64,000 nt of DNA from Pocillopora damicornis. Its lineage: Eukaryota. Location: positions 248,001 to 312,000 of the forward strand of contig NW_020845647.1 of NCBI RefSeq assembly GCF_003704095.1, read 5' to 3'. Below the pieces are notes generated by a model that saw nothing but the letters and a program-made list of their open reading frames with translations, had not been told where the DNA came from and ran no database searches. This document shows, one piece after another, positions 48,729-61,214 of the stretch (within the stretch, counting starts at the first letter, position 1; the number at the start of each line of letters is the position of its first letter). The translations under genes and the position numbers were made by a program.

Positions 48729-49301
48729 TCAGAGTGGCCTTCATTAGGCGCAGGCCTCGCTCTATCCAAACTTTACTTTACTATCATGATCTTTGTATCT
48801 TATGTAATACCACTGTTTGTAATATCGGGAACATTCCTCGCAGTGTCGCACAAACTAAATAAAAGCAGCAAGTTTATCCACGTTATCAATTCGCAACATG
48901 AGAAAGACAGTGAATTACTTAACTTACACAGTAGAAAGTTTAGCCCAACAAGAAGGCATGCCAATCGGCTCGCTCAAAACAGACGCGCTAAAATGATTTT
49001 AACACCAGTTGTTGGAGTGTTTGCTGTGTTCATGCTTCCGCTGACAATTCTTCGCCTATACGTTGTATTTTGGCCCCCTATTTTCACACAAACATTTTAC
49101 AGCGACTTGCTGTTTGTGGTTTCAGTTGGTGTTATAATCAACTCGTCTGTAAACCCGGCCATATACTCGGTGGTTAGGAAAGACTTCCGTCGCCAAATGG
49201 TCCGATTACTTTGCTGGAAGAGAAGATCATCGCGGGGCCAGAAGCATAATCGAGCTATTGTTTCTGTCAAATCGGGTCTCAATCAGATTTCTCGTTCTTG
49301 A
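48729..49301 (+). CDS. Peptide-type GPCR tandem copy C (3' half; 5' half lies in a gap)
   Basis: TM5-TM7 with NSSVNPAIY and FRRQM helix 8; near-identical overlap with copy A. Confidence 0.85.
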   Translation, partial: SEWPSLGAGLALSKLYFTIMIFVSYVIPLFVISGTFLAVSHKLNKSSKFIHVINSQHEKDSELLNLHSRKFSPTRRHANRLAQNRRAKMILTPVVGVFAVFMLPLTILRLYVVFWPPIFTQTFYSDLLFVVSVGVIINSSVNPAIYSVVRKDFRRQMVRLLCWKRRSSRGQKHNRAIVSVKSGLNQISRS

Positions 49302-51875
49302 ATCAGAGATAAAATGGAATCGCGTTTAACTCGAAGAGGTACATTCAGCTGCTTTAAGGATTAATTTGTTTATTCTTTTCTTAAGCACGTTTTCGATTGA
49401 CGTTGTTTATCGAGTGTATTTTATAAAATAGCCAACGTTATAGGGTACAGTTTTTATTAAAGCATTCATCATATGTCACAAACGAGAATTCAGCATAACT
49501 CTGTTATATTTATAAACTACTAGGATTTAATCTGAAATAAAGGTGTTTATCCGAATGAAAAAGTTGTGCATTCAGCATATAGTTTCGTGACAAATGACTT
49601 CACAAAGCCGGAGAAGATTGATATTGTTAGCTCAGCTCGGAATCGTAACTCTCTCCCTCCGACAGTGTAACCCCGAGGGCATGGCTAAAAGCCCTCAAGC
49701 CATTTACATGTAGCTTTAATAAATCAACGATTGTATAGCGCCACCTGAGCAAAACTCTTTAGTAAGACCTAACTTCACAAATTGGAAAAATGACAAAAGT
49801 CAGAAATGGAGTAAATATATCTATTTACTGTTAACAAGATGCGTGACTTGATTCAGGTGTCTTTTAGGCCTGATTTTTTTCTTTTTCTTTAAAAGGATTC
49901 ATAATTGGAAACTTCGTTTTTTCGTTCGTTTTACGGAGCATTAGTCAGGTGTCTCCACTGCGCTGCTAACACACAAAGCTCGATGTTAGGTCAGAGATCT
50001 CCCATTGGGTTAATACACCACCGTGTAAAAGATTAATTGTTGAAAGCTTCGGGGAAAAAATGCAAATTTTGATCATTAGAGTAAACTAAACCTGGTGAGA
50101 TCAAAATTTGTGCCTGTCGTCAGTCTTCCGTCTTGCGATGAATGGCTATGAAAAACAACACATTTACAAATGCAATTGTATTACAACAGGATTTTGACTT
50201 GAAAGAGTCTTAAATAGGGGAGAATAAAGGAAAAGACATCGATTACAGATGAAGTTTTCCAACACTAACAATTCTGAGTATATAGAATGAATGATTTTGC
50301 CACATGCGTCATTTGAAAGTGAAGAAGTGTATTTTTCCTTTCGAAGTAAGAACTACATCATGGACCACTTTAATATTCTGAATACTGTTCGGTCTTCCAT
50401 TTCAATCTCATTTCAAATCTCATTTATTTCTGCTCATGTTTGCGGGTTTGTGTTCTCTGTTCCCACGTAGATTTGATTTATGTCAATGTTTTGTTTTTTT
50501 TTTTAATTAGCAATACACTATAAAGTTGAAATCAAAGGATTTTAATCTCTGGGTTAAAACGGACTCAAAATGAGGAGGAGATGAGAGATATGATATGCAC
50601 GAGAGGGGACTGGATCACATACATTATTCATGGCGGGCGCACTGAAAACCATAAAGAAACAACAAAAGGACAAAAGATTATCGAGCACCACAGGACTGAC
50701 ATGAGCTGCATGAGAACCGAGTAGATGCAAGCGCCGGAAGTCTTTTTGTTTTTACGGGTCAGAAATTAGTTTGGTCACGCATTCTGAGGTCTAATTTCAC
50801 AAAATGGAAAAATGTTGATTATTTATGAGGTTCTATTTTATCATATCTTTGGGTTATTCTAACGTTTCGATACAAAGCGGGATGTGATTGGTTAAAACAG
50901 CAGTACCAAACTAAGGAAAGCTACAGTGAGCCGATGTTGAGATTTGCGCTTCAGCTCTTTGACGAGACTTGACCCAAATCATACTTTTCCTGTAATTTGC
51001 ACAAACACCGCATTGAGAGCGAATCAATTTTTGCTGCACCTTGTGTGCTACTTTTTTTTCTAAACACATTTTGACGTCACGTGATCAACGATTATGGGCT
51101 TTTTCATCTCAATAGGTTTATCTACATAGTGAAGGCCATGAACACCAATTAAGAAATGAACAAAAAGGAAATGATCAAATGAAGAGATTGCTGAAAAAAT
51201 ATAAAAAAATGAAAAAATTCAGGCTTGGACGTGATTCAAACCTTTGTCTCCCTGACACTAGTTGGGCGTTTTACTTACTCGACAACGAGGAAACTTCTAG
51301 TAGGTTTTTCGTTCCAGTTAAGGAATTTGATCACAATTACACAAAGCAAAACACGTCTTGACCTGCAGTTGATAAGAAATGACGAAATGACGGATCCTTA
51401 CAGATAAACAGAATTACGATTGAAGAAAGTTTAGAAAAAGGACACTGCCACCTAAGCATTATATTTTCTTGTTAATAATAGTCAAAATGAAAAAAATATT
51501 GGAAGAGTGTCAAATATAGATTGGCACAAAGAAACAACTTAATGGGGACATCGAAGAGTAAAAGACCATTTTTAAAACATCTAGAATAAAACACATTTTA
51601 TTTCGTTGCATTATAATATATGAAAATATTTTGGGAGGGGAGGGGGATAAAACAGCTGTGCATGTCCACAGAGGCCAGTGTAATAATAGCATTTACTGCG
51701 TTTCACCTCCCCCGCCCCCACCCATTGACATGCCAAAAATGTGCGCGAGAGAAAAACAATCACAGTTCTGGAGGTGGCTACCGAAAATATGAATGTTTAT
51801 TACAAATGCTTTTTTAACGTCCATCTCAGTAAGGAATAGTTTGATACCAATGGTTCTCTGACTGACGAAAACTAC

Positions 51876-52943
51876 TCAAGTCCTACTGTACTGAAAAATC
51901 CGTTTCAATTCACGCCGAAAGTCCTTCTTAACAACCGAATAAATCAATGGATTTGCGGACGAGTTGATAATGACGCCCACTGAGACCACAAACAGTAAGT
52001 TTTCATAAAATGTTTGCTCAATAATAGGCGGCCAAAATACAATGCAAAGTCGAAACATTGCCAGAGGCAGCATGAAAACTGAAAAAACTACAACAACTGG
52101 TGTTAAAATCGCTTTGGCGCGTTTGTTTTGAGCGACGCGGAGACTATGCCTGGGTGAGCAGTCGTCTTTATCACAAAGATTCATAACCAATGTAATATTC
52201 TCTTTTCCTTGTTTCATGACCTTGATGAACTTGCTACTTTCATCTAACGTTCGTGACACTGCAAGGAACGTTCCTAGTATAACAATAAGTGGAATTATGT
52301 AAGAAAGCAGAACAATTAACATGTTGTAGACCTGAGGTAACACAAAGCCTTTACCCCACAAAGGCCATTCTGCACCGCACCAAATGGTTCCGTCGTTTGA
52401 TGTCTCTCTGTAGCGAACAACGAAATACAATGGGAATGAAAACAAGAAAAATGAAGCCATCCAAATACACGCAGCAACCATCTTTGCTTTCTTCAGTGAA
52501 GCTCGAAGTCTGGGGTTTACTTTTGATGGCCTACCGATTTTCTGATAACGTTCTATGCCAGCCGCTGTTATGAACCACACAGATGATCCATGAAATATTT
52601 CGACAACTGGAAGAAAATACAGGCAAACGATCTTTCCAAATGGCCAGTCATTAGGAAGTCTTTCACGCGTTGCGGTAAATGGTAACGCCAACAGCAAAGT
52701 TCCTAAATCTGCAATGGCCAAGTTGATCATATAGAAATCCATTACACGTGTTTCTTTCACCTTAATCCTATTCAAAATAATGGTGACCAGAATGTTGCCA
52801 ATAACACCAAACGAAGCACATGTTGCATAGAGAGTTAGTTTTACTACTTCGACTGGTAGTGACTCCGCTGGATCGCTCTTTGTTCCGTAAAGAGGAGACG
52901 AGATAGGACCAGTACAATTGTAGCTCACGGTGTTATTAGCCAT
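51876..52943 (-). CDS. Class A peptide-receptor-like GPCR, older paralog of the tandem copies; 355 aa
   Basis: Shares ETRVMDFYMINLAIADLGTLLLA, RERLPNDWPFG, GSSVWFITAA.IERY and FVVSVGVIINSS.NP.IY with A/C. Possible 5'UTR intron acceptor at 52977-52978. Confidence 0.93.
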   Translation of the reverse strand: MANNTVSYNCTGPISSPLYGTKSDPAESLPVEVVKLTLYATCASFGVIGNILVTIILNRIKVKETRVMDFYMINLAIADLGTLLLALPFTATRERLPNDWPFGKIVCLYFLPVVEIFHGSSVWFITAAGIERYQKIGRPSKVNPRLRASLKKAKMVAACIWMASFFLFSFPLYFVVRYRETSNDGTIWCGAEWPLWGKGFVLPQVYNMLIVLLSYIIPLIVILGTFLAVSRTLDESSKFIKVMKQGKENITLVMNLCDKDDCSPRHSLRVAQNKRAKAILTPVVVVFSVFMLPLAMFRLCIVFWPPIIEQTFYENLLFVVSVGVIINSSANPLIYSVVKKDFRRELKRIFQYSRT

Positions 52944-55900
52944 GCTTAATTAAAGTCCTTTCTTTCCTTTGGTTATCTGAAGGTTAATAGTAATGCATTG
53001 AATTTAGTCAAGTAAAACGGTTTCAATAGAATAAAGAGCATATAAGGCCATCGAACTACTCTAAGTAACATGCAGAAGTATGTCTTAATTTCTTATGGAA
53101 AATTTCACTCAAGTAACCGAGCTGAGATGCATGCCTGATATAACATCCATTTGGGATACTTCACTTTGGTTGCCCAGCTAGTTGCGATGAACAAAGCGCG
53201 ACCTTTCAAGTTTCGCCCAAGTAGTTGCGTTGTGCGCTGTTCACTTGAAGAAGCCTGTTTTTAAATTTCTCGACCGAAATAACAGATATTTCAATAACCA
53301 CCATCGGATTACGCAAAATTAAAGATCTTCTGAATCCATCGTAATTTTTTTTGAGGAAAAGGCTGATGAAGGTCTTATAGAGAGGGCAGCAAAAGATCAC
53401 TGAGCTACAGACCTAGGTAAGCTCAAGAGAATATAATTTTCTTGGTAAACTGCTGGACCATGGTCGTGAAGTTAACTGATGCGATAATGTAGCTCACCTG
53501 TAACTGTTTTTGAGCCTACGGTTTGTTGAAGATTAGAGCTTGCTAAGGATCACCGTGACATTAGCACGTAACAGCAATAAATACGTACGTCAGTAGCAAG
53601 AAGGATCATTGCTGTTTTATACATTATCACTTATAAATACGCGCCTTGATGCTTTTTAATATTCACAGCTATTGATATTGTTGCGATTCTTTGGTTGTTT
53701 GGTCATTTTAACATTGTCATGGTCGTTGCTTTAGACACAACATCAAGTTAAACTGTAAACCGGTATACTCCAATAACTTTGAGCAGCTGTCATAGTGTAA
53801 GATTTACATGACTACAGACCTCCTACGTGGAACTGAACAGTGGCGGATATTTACATCGCAAAATGTTTTCTTCTCACTCTGGATTTCGTCGACATTTTAA
53901 GCGCTTATCGGCCACAGAATTACATCTTATTTGCCAGCAGCGTATGAGGTTTAACCGTGGCTGGGAGTAGTATCTTATGGTTACTCAACGCTTAGCAAAA
54001 CACTTGTTGCATATTTGTATGTCGGTGGCTGTCATGAATACCAATAGTTCATGTCCTCACGTGCTGTAAGCCAACATCACGACACACAAAATTAAAAGAA
54101 TACATGCAGAGATCAGATTCCATGGTAATTCCATCAAAATTGTATTCATTTCATTGTTGGCTCTAGTGTTTACATCAAAGACTAATATGTGTTTTTTAAA
54201 CGACTGCTGAAGTACATGTGGGTCAAATCTCAAACAAAGTAACCTAAAAACTGCTTCTGAGCTAACTGACACAACGTTTTAGGAAAGTGAAACCTGCGAA
54301 CATAAACTCCAGAATATCAAGATGTCAAGGGGCTGCTGAACAGATCAGTTCTTATCTAATGCGAAACCAACGAGATCGATACAAGACGTTTAACGTTTTC
54401 CTCCAAGAGCTTCAGGTTCATTTTATCTACCCTTAGAATAAATTGATTTTGTGCTGCATTATTAAGCTTTTACTTTTTTCTGTATTATAAGCCTACTTTC
54501 GTTGTATCGGGTAGTCTCAAGTGAACGGTTCATTGAGTTCATCATCACATGTAGTAAGCCATACAGACGCGCGTTTTATCGGCGAACCGCGCAATCCACG
54601 TGCTGGCTGGGACTAAAGAAGTCCTTTTTGCTCACAAAAGACTTAATTAAAAGGATAATGAAAGGGTTTAATTTCACTTAAGAAGCTAATTAAATTACGG
54701 CTCAGTTGGAGACTAGGGCTCGAAGTGAACGTTATAACAATCTTTTAATATAACGAAGAATTTCTTGCTGTGAACAGAAAAATTAGATCAAAAACTTATT
54801 GACCGACTAGTAATAACTCAGTGTCAACGCTGTTGTGATTAACAGTACATGTTAAATGTAGCGTTAGGATAAAGCAATGAAAAGAAAGGAAGAGAAGACA
54901 TATTGTGCTTTTTTTTAATAACTTTTTGCTCATAGCAAGGAGTTTAAACCGCAGGAAATTTGTGAATTGTCAACGGAAGGGGTGAGCCAAATGACCCCCT
55001 CTTTCAAACGCCGAACTGTTTGGTAGTGCAGATGCAGCGACATTATGCATTACTCCCTCGAACACCATGTTCAAAACAGATTTTGGTGATCTTCTAAAGC
55101 TAAAAAATATTTCAAAAACAATCGAACAAAACTCAATTTTCTGCTAGGTTCAGAGTTAGAGTTCAGGACTTCTTCTTACTGTCCTCTCAGTTGCGAAAAA
55201 AAAGACAGAACAGACGAGACTTGAAATTGAAGACTTCGCCAGCATTAGTCTGCACTTATAATAACTTACATATTTCGACCTTTCTTATTTGATTCGAATA
55301 TAACAGGAGTGCAAATCTCATCTCCAAACTGCAGTCTCTCATCGCAATCCTTTCTATCAAATCTGTCTCTTTTGTCAAAAGTTTTTTCGATGATAATGTT
55401 TAAGATCAAATGGGACCTAAAGCCACTATCATTAAATAAAAACCTGAAAAAATTCAGGCTCCTACGGGATTTGAGGCTTCAGGCTTCCTCTAACAATGGC
55501 AAAAGGCCTTGCTCGAACATCAACATTACCAGTAATATGAAATGCTACTTGAACCACGTGTGCAGATCAAAAATTAAGTCTGGGTCTTGCGCAGCCTGTC
55601 CTCTTTGCCCGAAGGAGCCTTTTAAAACTAGCCACGTTGCTAACATGTGACTTCGCTGCACAGTACGTTGGAAGTATCGCTTATTTAGTCTGGGGGGTAA
55701 GGGTTCGAATCCCGTCGAAGAGTGAATTCACTCAGGCTTCAACTGAACTTCAACGTTATTCATCACAACAAATATTTGACTTACAGGAGGATAACAGGTA
55801 CATGACCTTACACTGTCATTTACGCGGAAGGTTTTGCCGCTGGAAGGAGACTTGTGTCAAATCTTAGCGGCAAGAAAAAGTATCTTGACTCAATTCTTTT

Positions 55901-57235
55901 TAAAAATAAAAATGAGAAGGATCGAGGAAGGTGACTGGATGAATAAGTATGAAAGGAATATCAACTGATATTCTCTTGTACGTATCCAGTCGAAAAATGC
56001 CGTATGCCCTCCGGCTTAAAACTGGAGTCCCGGATGGTCAAGCGTGCGGAGACAAACATGCCAATTCAATCCAGTGACGCGTTACAGTATTCTGTTATAA
56101 ACTTGTTTGTGGATTCACGTGAATGATCGCAGATACAAACAAATATTTTAATAACCCTCGAGGCTGTAGTACAAAAGAGATAATAACTCGAGTTTTCAAT
56201 CAGAGGCCTCTTAGAGCCAGCTCACTCATGTTATGGCTTAGGTTTGTATCGATTTCTTGGACTTGTTGAATATAGGTTCAGTTGAATTCGGTTTATGTGA
56301 ATTCTCGAGACTTATGGAATAAATTCTCTCTTAGTTTTGGGCAGTTGTGTGATAAGAAAACTTGTACGTTCGTCTTGATGAGAATTGGAATTGTGGGGCG
56401 GAGGGTGGGCTGGGTGGGCATAATCAGGAATCAAATATTGGAATAGCCGTAAAATATTAAGTAACCCTCATCTTTCACGATCATTTGCACTATTGTGAAA
56501 TATTCCTTTCCCGTTTCTTGATATCTTTTGTTTTTAACAAAGCGGCCATTGTATTTGATTTTTAACAAATTAAAGCGGCCACAATCGTTCTTAACAGAAT
56601 CTCACGCCTTCCTATGGTCTGATTTCCACATATTAATATTTACGTAGTCACCAAACAGATTAGAGATAAGACCACCAGAAAAGTAAACAAATGGCCAGTC
56701 ACGAAAGCAACTCTTTGCTTTTCCCTATAAAAATTCGCTGGTTCCTCATCTACTAAGCCAATAACAATATAAGGCACATATGGAAAAATTAGTGCGTGTA
56801 CACCCCTGAACGTTGAAAACATATCAAGTCGAAGGAACAGTTTTGGCCTCGGTCCGCATTTTTGTTAACAAAATGAACACATATCGGTTAAAACGATGAA
56901 ACGTACTGACCACGTGCAAAGCTGTCACTTGTTTCTCGAATAGTGCGTGTTTTAAATATTCAGTAGTAACATCTCATTTACATCTACATCTACTTTTATT
57001 AAGTTGGTAAATTCTGAACCGACATCACACCAACCAACTCGCGCGCAAAGAAAGAAAACTATATGAAGGCTTGAAATTATATTAAGAACGATTGTGATCA
57101 AGAAACGGGCTAGGAATATTCCACAATAATGCAAATAATCGTGAAAGATAATCGCGGAAAAGCGATTGCGTGACGCTCGGAAAGTTGCAAGATGACATGA
57201 TATCACGTATCAGACGAAAAAACAGTATAAATTAT

Positions 57236-57300
57236 CAGTCTGCATTTTGCACCCAATCTGCAGTCTGCATTTTGTACCTAGTCTGCATTTTGTACTGACC
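57236..57300. repeat. Short tandem repeat (AGTCTGCATTTTGYAC x3), probably a MITE end
   Basis: Three imperfect copies are directly visible. Confidence 0.7.
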
Positions 57301-59823
57301 GGATTGGTATAGCTTTTTTGTTCGAGCGAGCCTCAAGTCCGGACCGAAATATTGGAGCTCGAAAAAAAAAACTCTGGTGAGACTATCTTGGCCGCTATAA
57401 TTGATATGTGGACTGTATGTTGAAGACCTCACGAGGAAAAGTACAATGATAGATCAATGATTAATTTATACCAACTGAAGACGAACGCAAATGCGCGGCT
57501 TACCAATGTGGCCACCTGTGTTCATTGATCCCAAAGAAATATCGGATTCGGAAAAATGATGTCCAAGTGGCAGAGATAAAAGGAAAAAAAGCATGAAATC
57601 CGGAAAAGTGTTTTGTCACATGACGGAGGTCTACTGATCGGCTAATGCGCATGATTCTTGTTCAGCGGTTTTCGTTAAATATGGATCGTTTAATTGTTCG
57701 AAATATGCACTAAGTGCCACGGACTAGGATAAACGGGATGGACCATTTCTAACTGGCTCGGCATAAAAATGGACTATGGCTTGCATTCTTTTGTAGAGAA
57801 TTAACGAAGTTTTCGTGTGAACGAACATCATTAAGTTTTTATAAATTGTTTCTCAGCGTGACCTCGACTTCACGTCTAATAATCACACGAATATCTGTTA
57901 GAGTTTACCAAACAGTCTTTCTTTGCATCATAGTGGAAGTGTTATCTTGCAAATGCCCGTGTTTTTAAACGTTTTTAAGACGTTGGGCGGAAGAATTTAT
58001 TTGCTCTTTCGAAGAATTTCCATGCGTGGGTCGCCCGCCGTGTGCTAGGAGTCGAAGTAATGAGATTATTTTATTTCATCAACTGATTTGACAAAATAAA
58101 TTGGCCTCCGTAGCGAGTTGCCAAAGCTGACGTTTCTAGCGTTAGCCCCACGTCACTGCTCTTATTAGTGCGATCGCTTTCACTTTTATTTTAGAGCTGA
58201 CTCTTAATTAGGGCATTTGTTCATTCATTTACTCATCCATTCATGCTGGTAATCTACGGTACGAATTTTAAACGCCAGACCAATATTCTGCAATCCCATG
58301 GTTTTACCCCATTCCGCAGTCCGTGGTCAGAAGTCCATCATCTAAATTTTAATCTGACCGTCAAGAAAGCATCACGTGACAAATTTTTCTGCGAACTCAC
58401 GGAGATTTTCCTGAATTTTATTATTTATTGGCGATTTCGATAATATTTTTCTGAATCCGGTGATATGCATCGGATGTATCACAGGTTTTTAGATAAGACA
58501 AAGCTTTCCTTTCGATTTGTATATTGCGAACTGAGATATCAGTCGTGTTGGAAATAGGCAATAGCTTATGATTGTCCTATGTTCCGCTCAATACAGACAG
58601 CTGTATGTGACTTGAATACAGGGAAACCGTAACAAACAGAGCAGTTTGAGACTTGTTTGGTAAAAACTAAAGACCGAGCAATATGGACGAAGGCAGTTTC
58701 TCTTTCGTTTCGGAAACATCGCAGACGAAGCAATACAAACGCAGGGATTTTCGGGAAAAAAAGTCAGACAGAGGCGACTGGTTTCTTGTTTTGAAAAAGA
58801 ATATAACTATGACCTGACCTTCAGTATCTTATATCAAATTTTTGATAAGTCACAAAATATGAGCTGCGTTTTCATCTGTCTATGTGAGTGAATGCTTCAG
58901 AAGGCTGCTTTGGATACAACGTCCGGTAAAAAAAAGAAAAAAAAAAAAAGAAAGGAAATTAAAATGGTTCTCTTATGTTTTATGTTTCGTCGTTTTGCTT
59001 TCTGTGTGTTCCTTACATCAGTCTGAGACCACTGAAGCGAGTTTAACATTCCGCAGGAGTTTTTCTAGAACCAGAAAGGAACCATGTTTGGCGCTTTTGA
59101 GAAAACTAAGCACAACACCTTTACTTACCTAGATAGTTTAAACTGACCCATAAGACACACAGCCAGAACAAGGACAAGTTGAGCATAAGGTAACCATATG
59201 TAAATTCTTTTCCATAAACAGATTTCAGAACAATTTTCAAAGCCCTTTATCAGGGTGAAGACGGCTGAAAACGTTGCCAGCACGAATACAAAAGTCTGGC
59301 CGCCCGTAACTTTGCTGCCCTCCTATGTTCATGAGCATAATTTCTATTAAGCTAAGTATACACCGCAAGAAAATAATCAAGGAAAAATTTACAGGTCACT
59401 ATTAATAACAATACCTTTCAGAATTTCGCGACAACTGTGGCACAACTGATTGGCAGTATTGCTTCAACAAACAGTCGTTTTGACATTAATTAACAAGACA
59501 TATGCTAAAAGTTACCTTAGAAATATTCTTGTTTACGCGCACGGGACTATTTTTTTGTGGCTTGGAGATGTCCTTTGTCGTCTGTGGACTGGCTCAGACC
59601 TTGTGAACACTCAGGCTATAGCAACTTCTGATAGTGCGTTGTCCACACGATGACTTTTTTCCCTGTTTATTTTGATAGTGAAATAAATCTCAGCAACGTC
59701 GAAATTTCTTGCATACTTCGTATACATGTTCCCGGTCCAAAGGCCACAGCTTTCTCTGACCCAAGGCTTCTCCAGCGTTCTGCTCATATTGTTGTCGTAT
59801 TGCTGGTCTGCATAAAAGGCGCC

Positions 59824-59893
59824 CATTCTCGTTCCCAGAGTCATCATTGTTTTTGCTTACATATGAAAAGGAGTGGCCCTGGAAACGAGAATG
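59824..59893. mobile_element. Tiny TIR element
   Basis: cattctcgttcccag ... ctggaaacgagaatg inverted ends. Confidence 0.6.
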
Positions 59894-59935
59894 AACAGGC
59901 GCCATGCAGTTGCGCCATGCTCAAATATAACGTGC

Positions 59936-59989
59936 GCAAGTGTTTGACTTCCCGCGCGTGCAAGTGTTTGACTTCCCGCGCGTGCAAGT
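59936..59989. repeat. 24-bp exact tandem duplication (GCAAGTGTTTGACTTCCCGCGCGT x2.25)
   Basis: Directly visible. Confidence 0.9.
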
Positions 59990-60451
59990 TAGCCTAAATC
60001 ACTCTCTCTCTCGTGCGCCTAGTTCCATTAGTCCAACCACATTCGTTATCTTGGTATCTGATAAAGAACACGTACAATCTATTTTTGACCCAGCAGAAGT
60101 ATTGTTTCCGCAAAGAATTGCAACGTCTTAAAAAAGAATTGTCTGGTAATCAAAAATTTAGCTTTGATGTATCCTTTATTGCAGAATTTGTCTTTGCGGG
60201 TATTTTTCGAAGTATTTATTCATTTGTTACAATAATCTTGCAAAACGAGCGAAGCAAGACCAAAAAAAAAGTGATCATGGGGATTCCCTAAACTGTCCGA
60301 GGTATTCCAGAAAATAATTATGAAAACAAAACCAATGAACAAAAGACAAAATAATTAATGAACTTGGATACAATACACATATATTGAGATTGGTTAGTGT
60401 ATCGCTTAACACGATATTAAGTTTTTTGTCTGTGGACATCTTCTATACTTA

Positions 60452-60748
60452 CCCTCTGAGTCATCTGAGTCAACCTTGTCTCGTATCTTTTTATTTTAAG
60501 AAGCACCTCTCACGGGGTTTTTCGCGGGTGTTTACATAATAGCCGATCGTAAGGGAGCCGTGGTCCTCTATTGTTTATGTCACATGTAGGCCGCACGAAA
60601 GTATTTCAATAATGGCGAAAAGCGCGGAAAAATTACCATTTTTTTACGGTGTTGTGCGAACGTCAGCGTGTTTTCCCGGGAAATTAAAGAACCCCCACGT
60701 ATCTCAGTTCTAAGAATAAAAAGATACGGGACAGGGTTGACTTAAGGG
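60452..60748. mobile_element. TA-flanked MITE (Tc1/mariner-like) upstream of AFG3L2
   Basis: ~45-bp imperfect TIRs (ccct..gagtcaaccttgtctcgtatctttttattttaagaa / ttctaagaataaaaagatacgggacagggttgacttaaggg) with TA on both sides. Confidence 0.7.
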
Positions 60749-61214
60749 TACAATTGGTATGGAGGCTCCGGATAATGGGCTCCTGTCTGTGGATATGACG
60801 CAGCAAAGCAGTCAGAGTTCTGAAATAGCGCAGGTTCCAATAACAGATAGCGAATAATTTTGATGAGAAATTTATAGGGTTGTAAGGTTCATTGTTTTTA
60901 GTTTGCTGATTTTGTTCTTTATATGAACCTACTGTGAACCTTGAGAAACACGTAACAGATTGCACACCACTGATACAGAACACCCTTCTTAGAAACAGAA
61001 GTACACTCTATCCCCCCCCTCCCCAAGGTAAAATGGACATTGCGGAGTTGCCACCGCGCCTCCTGTTTTTATATCCGCCATCTTGGATCGTGAGTTGCAT
61101 AAGACAAAATGTCAGCAAATCGTTCCCAGTGATGTACGGAACACGTTGGGTTTTATTCTAGTATGTTTATAACATTTAGTTCCAAAAGTTTCAAATACTA
61201 GGCTTTTTGAAGCA

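Larger units (their letters stand above)
42317..50361 (+). repeat. Tandem segmental duplication carrying GPCR copies A-C
   Basis: 42317-43333 matches 46158-47173; 44498-44876 matches 47390-47777 and 49249-49636; 47390-48628 matches 49249-50361. Confidence 0.9.

Noticed and set aside
51072-51084. Composite CRE/E-box TGACGTCACGTGA
   Set aside because: The context (cacattttgacgtca..gtgatc) resembles the MITE family at 41115-41352, and it is not near a start codon.
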